From: a virus
Direction: 5' to 3' (one strand)
DNA: 64,000 nt
IMG/VR virus record: IMGVR_UViG_3300047546_001659
Coordinates: 32,001-96,000 of that record
The position numbers and the translations under genes are program-made. Shown here piece by piece: positions 62,145 to 64,000 of the stretch. The notes below the pieces were generated by a model that ran no database searches, was not told the origin of the DNA, and was given only the letters and a program-made list of their open reading frames with translations. Positions within the stretch are counted from its first letter, which is position 1. Each line of letters starts with the position of its first letter.

Positions 62145-62423
62145 TTATTTTTGTTCTGATACAGTTTTTTCTGCATCATCATAAAATTGTTTGACAGCGT
62201 CCATCTTCTGTTTGCAAGTCATATTATTCTTTTGCAGTTTTAGGATAAGAGCACCGACCTGTTTATTTGTCAATGTATCAGGTTTAGGAAACTTTGTTTC
62301 AACTGGGCACTCATACATATCTGCTGGAGCTTTTACAATTTTATATTCAGGTGCTAATAATTGCACCGCTGTTTGAGAACAACCTGTAAGTAACAAAGGT
62401 AATAATAAAATCAACTTTTTCAT
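62145..62423 (-). CDS. o-spanin (outer membrane lipoprotein)
   Basis: MKKLILLLPLLLTGC lipobox; Pro-rich; follows an i-spanin-like ORF. Confidence 0.8.
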   Translation of the reverse strand: MKKLILLLPLLLTGCSQTAVQLLAPEYKIVKAPADMYECPVETKFPKPDTLTNKQVGALILKLQKNNMTCKQKMDAVKQFYDDAEKTVSEQK

Positions 62424-62824
62424 TTCTTTTTCTCACCATAAGTTGCATCAAGCTGTTTTACAATACTTTTTAAATAAGGTGCCGCATCATCGGACACTGG
62501 AACTGTTGTAGGGGTTTTGGGTTTAGTTTCCTCGTCAGCTTTCTTTTCAATTTCTTCTAATTGTTTCTTAGCAGCTGCTTCTTGTTCAGCAATTATTGCT
62601 CTTATGCGATCAGCATTGGTGTTAATTTCACCAGTCTTTTTTTGAAAGTCTTCTTCTTTTTGTTGTAACAATTGCTGTTGCATTTCATTAAATTTATTGG
62701 TAGCTTCGTTCCATAAATTATGATCATGTGCAGCCAACCAACCAAAGAAAATTCCTGAAAGTAAAATAGCAGCGCCAATAAATTGACCAATTTTATTATT
62801 TAAAAAAAATCCAAGTAATGGCAT
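62420..62824 (-). CDS. i-spanin
   Basis: N-terminal TM helix followed by coiled coil; ATGA overlap with the lipoprotein gene. Confidence 0.75.
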   Translation of the reverse strand: MPLLGFFLNNKIGQFIGAAILLSGIFFGWLAAHDHNLWNEATNKFNEMQQQLLQQKEEDFQKKTGEINTNADRIRAIIAEQEAAAKKQLEEIEKKADEETKPKTPTTVPVSDDAAPYLKSIVKQLDATYGEKKK

Positions 62825-64000
62825 TATGGTCTTCCCAATGATAAAATTTTATCTTGCTTTGTTTTCTTATAATCGTTAAGCTTATCTAAATAGCCTGCAT
62901 TACGAAGATCCTTAAATATCAAGTTACCAAAAGCAAACTCACCATCTTTTGCAATTGAATCACCACGCATCTTTTTAATTTTATCTTTTAATATGTCAAT
63001 AGAGTCATCACTAGCATTATCAGCAATCATCTTATCAATCATATCTTTATAAAACTGAACTTTTTTCTGTAAATGGTAATCATCTTCAAAATGAAGATCT
63101 AGCATTTGAGGACGAGCTAACCATCTATTTTGAATAAGAGAATATACGCCCTGATTTGAATGAGGTTTCTCATCAATATCTTGTGCATAAAGTTCTACTG
63201 GATAACCATATATTGAAATATCCGGATGTTGTAATGTCCAAAGAATTTTCTTATCTTGAAGATATTCATCTACAAATGCACGATCCGGATTGATAGCAGA
63301 TCTTGACATTACAATATGAAGATCAATATCTGAATTTGGTGTGTAATTATAATTTACATTACCACCCGTAATTACAACATCGTGTATAAGACTTGGTGGT
63401 ATTTTTGTAAAGGCTACCCACGCATCAGCAATTTGTAAAAGCTTATCTCGTACCTGATCTTTTAAAGAATTAGTAGCATCCCATAATTTTGAATTTAATT
63501 CTTTATGATATTGTAATGTAGTATCTTCTTTTAGATAAGATTCTACTTTATTCTGTACAGTAATAATTTCAGTTTTACTTTTACCATCAGAGCCCGATTT
63601 TTTAGTATTTAATGGTAAAGCATTTTGTGAACCCTGTACAATAGCTTGTTCGGCCTGTGAAATTTGTTTTGCTCTTTTAATATAAGCAAGAATGGGCTGT
63701 GATGTTTGTTTAGATTTTTTTTGGTGTTTTCTTTGTACTGCTGGTGATATACCGGGTTCACCCTTCCAGGATCCGGGAGGCTCACCGATACCAGCTATAG
63801 CCCCACCTCCTGCAGCATTAACAGGAATATCTTCGTTTAAATTTAATAGGTTATCATAAATGATATTAAATTCTTGCTCTACTATATTTTCAATTTCTTC
63901 CATAGATGCATCTTCATGAATAGGCTTTGATCTTAACAATAAGACAGTTGCAGCAATTGTTCCAAGCCTTGAAGCACCACCAGGAATTTTAGCTAAAAGC
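62824..64000 (-). CDS. gp61.1-like protein fused to a Pol-beta-type nucleotidyltransferase domain (5' end outside the window)
   Basis: The frame stays open to the window edge (LLAKIPGGASRLGTIAATVLLL, gp61.1-like). Then EDIPVNAAGGGAIAG and ITGGNVNYNYTPNSDIDLH...YPVELYAQD...GVYSL (G-x-...-DxD...E). Confidence 0.8.
   Translation of the reverse strand, partial: LLAKIPGGASRLGTIAATVLLLRSKPIHEDASMEEIENIVEQEFNIIYDNLLNLNEDIPVNAAGGGAIAGIGEPPGSWKGEPGISPAVQRKHQKKSKQTSQPILAYIKRAKQISQAEQAIVQGSQNALPLNTKKSGSDGKSKTEIITVQNKVESYLKEDTTLQYHKELNSKLWDATNSLKDQVRDKLLQIADAWVAFTKIPPSLIHDVVITGGNVNYNYTPNSDIDLHIVMSRSAINPDRAFVDEYLQDKKILWTLQHPDISIYGYPVELYAQDIDEKPHSNQGVYSLIQNRWLARPQMLDLHFEDDYHLQKKVQFYKDMIDKMIADNASDDSIDILKDKIKKMRGDSIAKDGEFAFGNLIFKDLRNAGYLDKLNDYKKTKQDKILSLGRP

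Overview
This AT-rich 64 kb window is a segment of a large T4-like myovirus genome, read with the standard code. The host is probably an alphaproteobacterium, judging from the permuted tmRNA with an ANDNF...AA tag. Positions 1-19.7 kb hold a cluster of virion fibre genes with Pro-poor collagen-like G-[YF]-T-G-S-x repeats, LamG/C1q-like heads, a Gly-rich adhesin and a chaperone-tipped fibre. A three-domain glycosyltransferase lies inside this cluster on the opposite strand. Positions 19.7-43.7 kb are the baseplate/tail module: VrlC-like protein split in three, gp8, gp7, gp6, gp25, gp5 split in three, gp27-like hub, gp53, gp48, gp4, gp2, gp54/19-like, gp26/gp51 and tape measure. Positions 43.7-64 kb carry replication and auxiliary genes: gp32, gp59, gp33, ACP plus ketoacyl synthase, two-piece tmRNA, exonuclease, PhoH, RNase H, a divergent early-promoter island, a GT4, a putative holin, glutaredoxin, a RuvC-like resolvase, class II RNR, a 2OG oxygenase, primase, spanins and a gp61.1-nucleotidyltransferase fusion. 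The main hunt results are: (1) a gene-order-matched 'plug and socket' grammar among the fibre proteins; (2) a probable virion glycosylation system acting on Thr-rich collagens and Asn-rich structural proteins; (3) a NodF/NodE-like ACP-KAS pair directly behind a permuted tmRNA; (4) a hairpin-stimulated -1 frameshift joining gp26 and gp51. All product calls come from motif recognition by eye; no searches were run.
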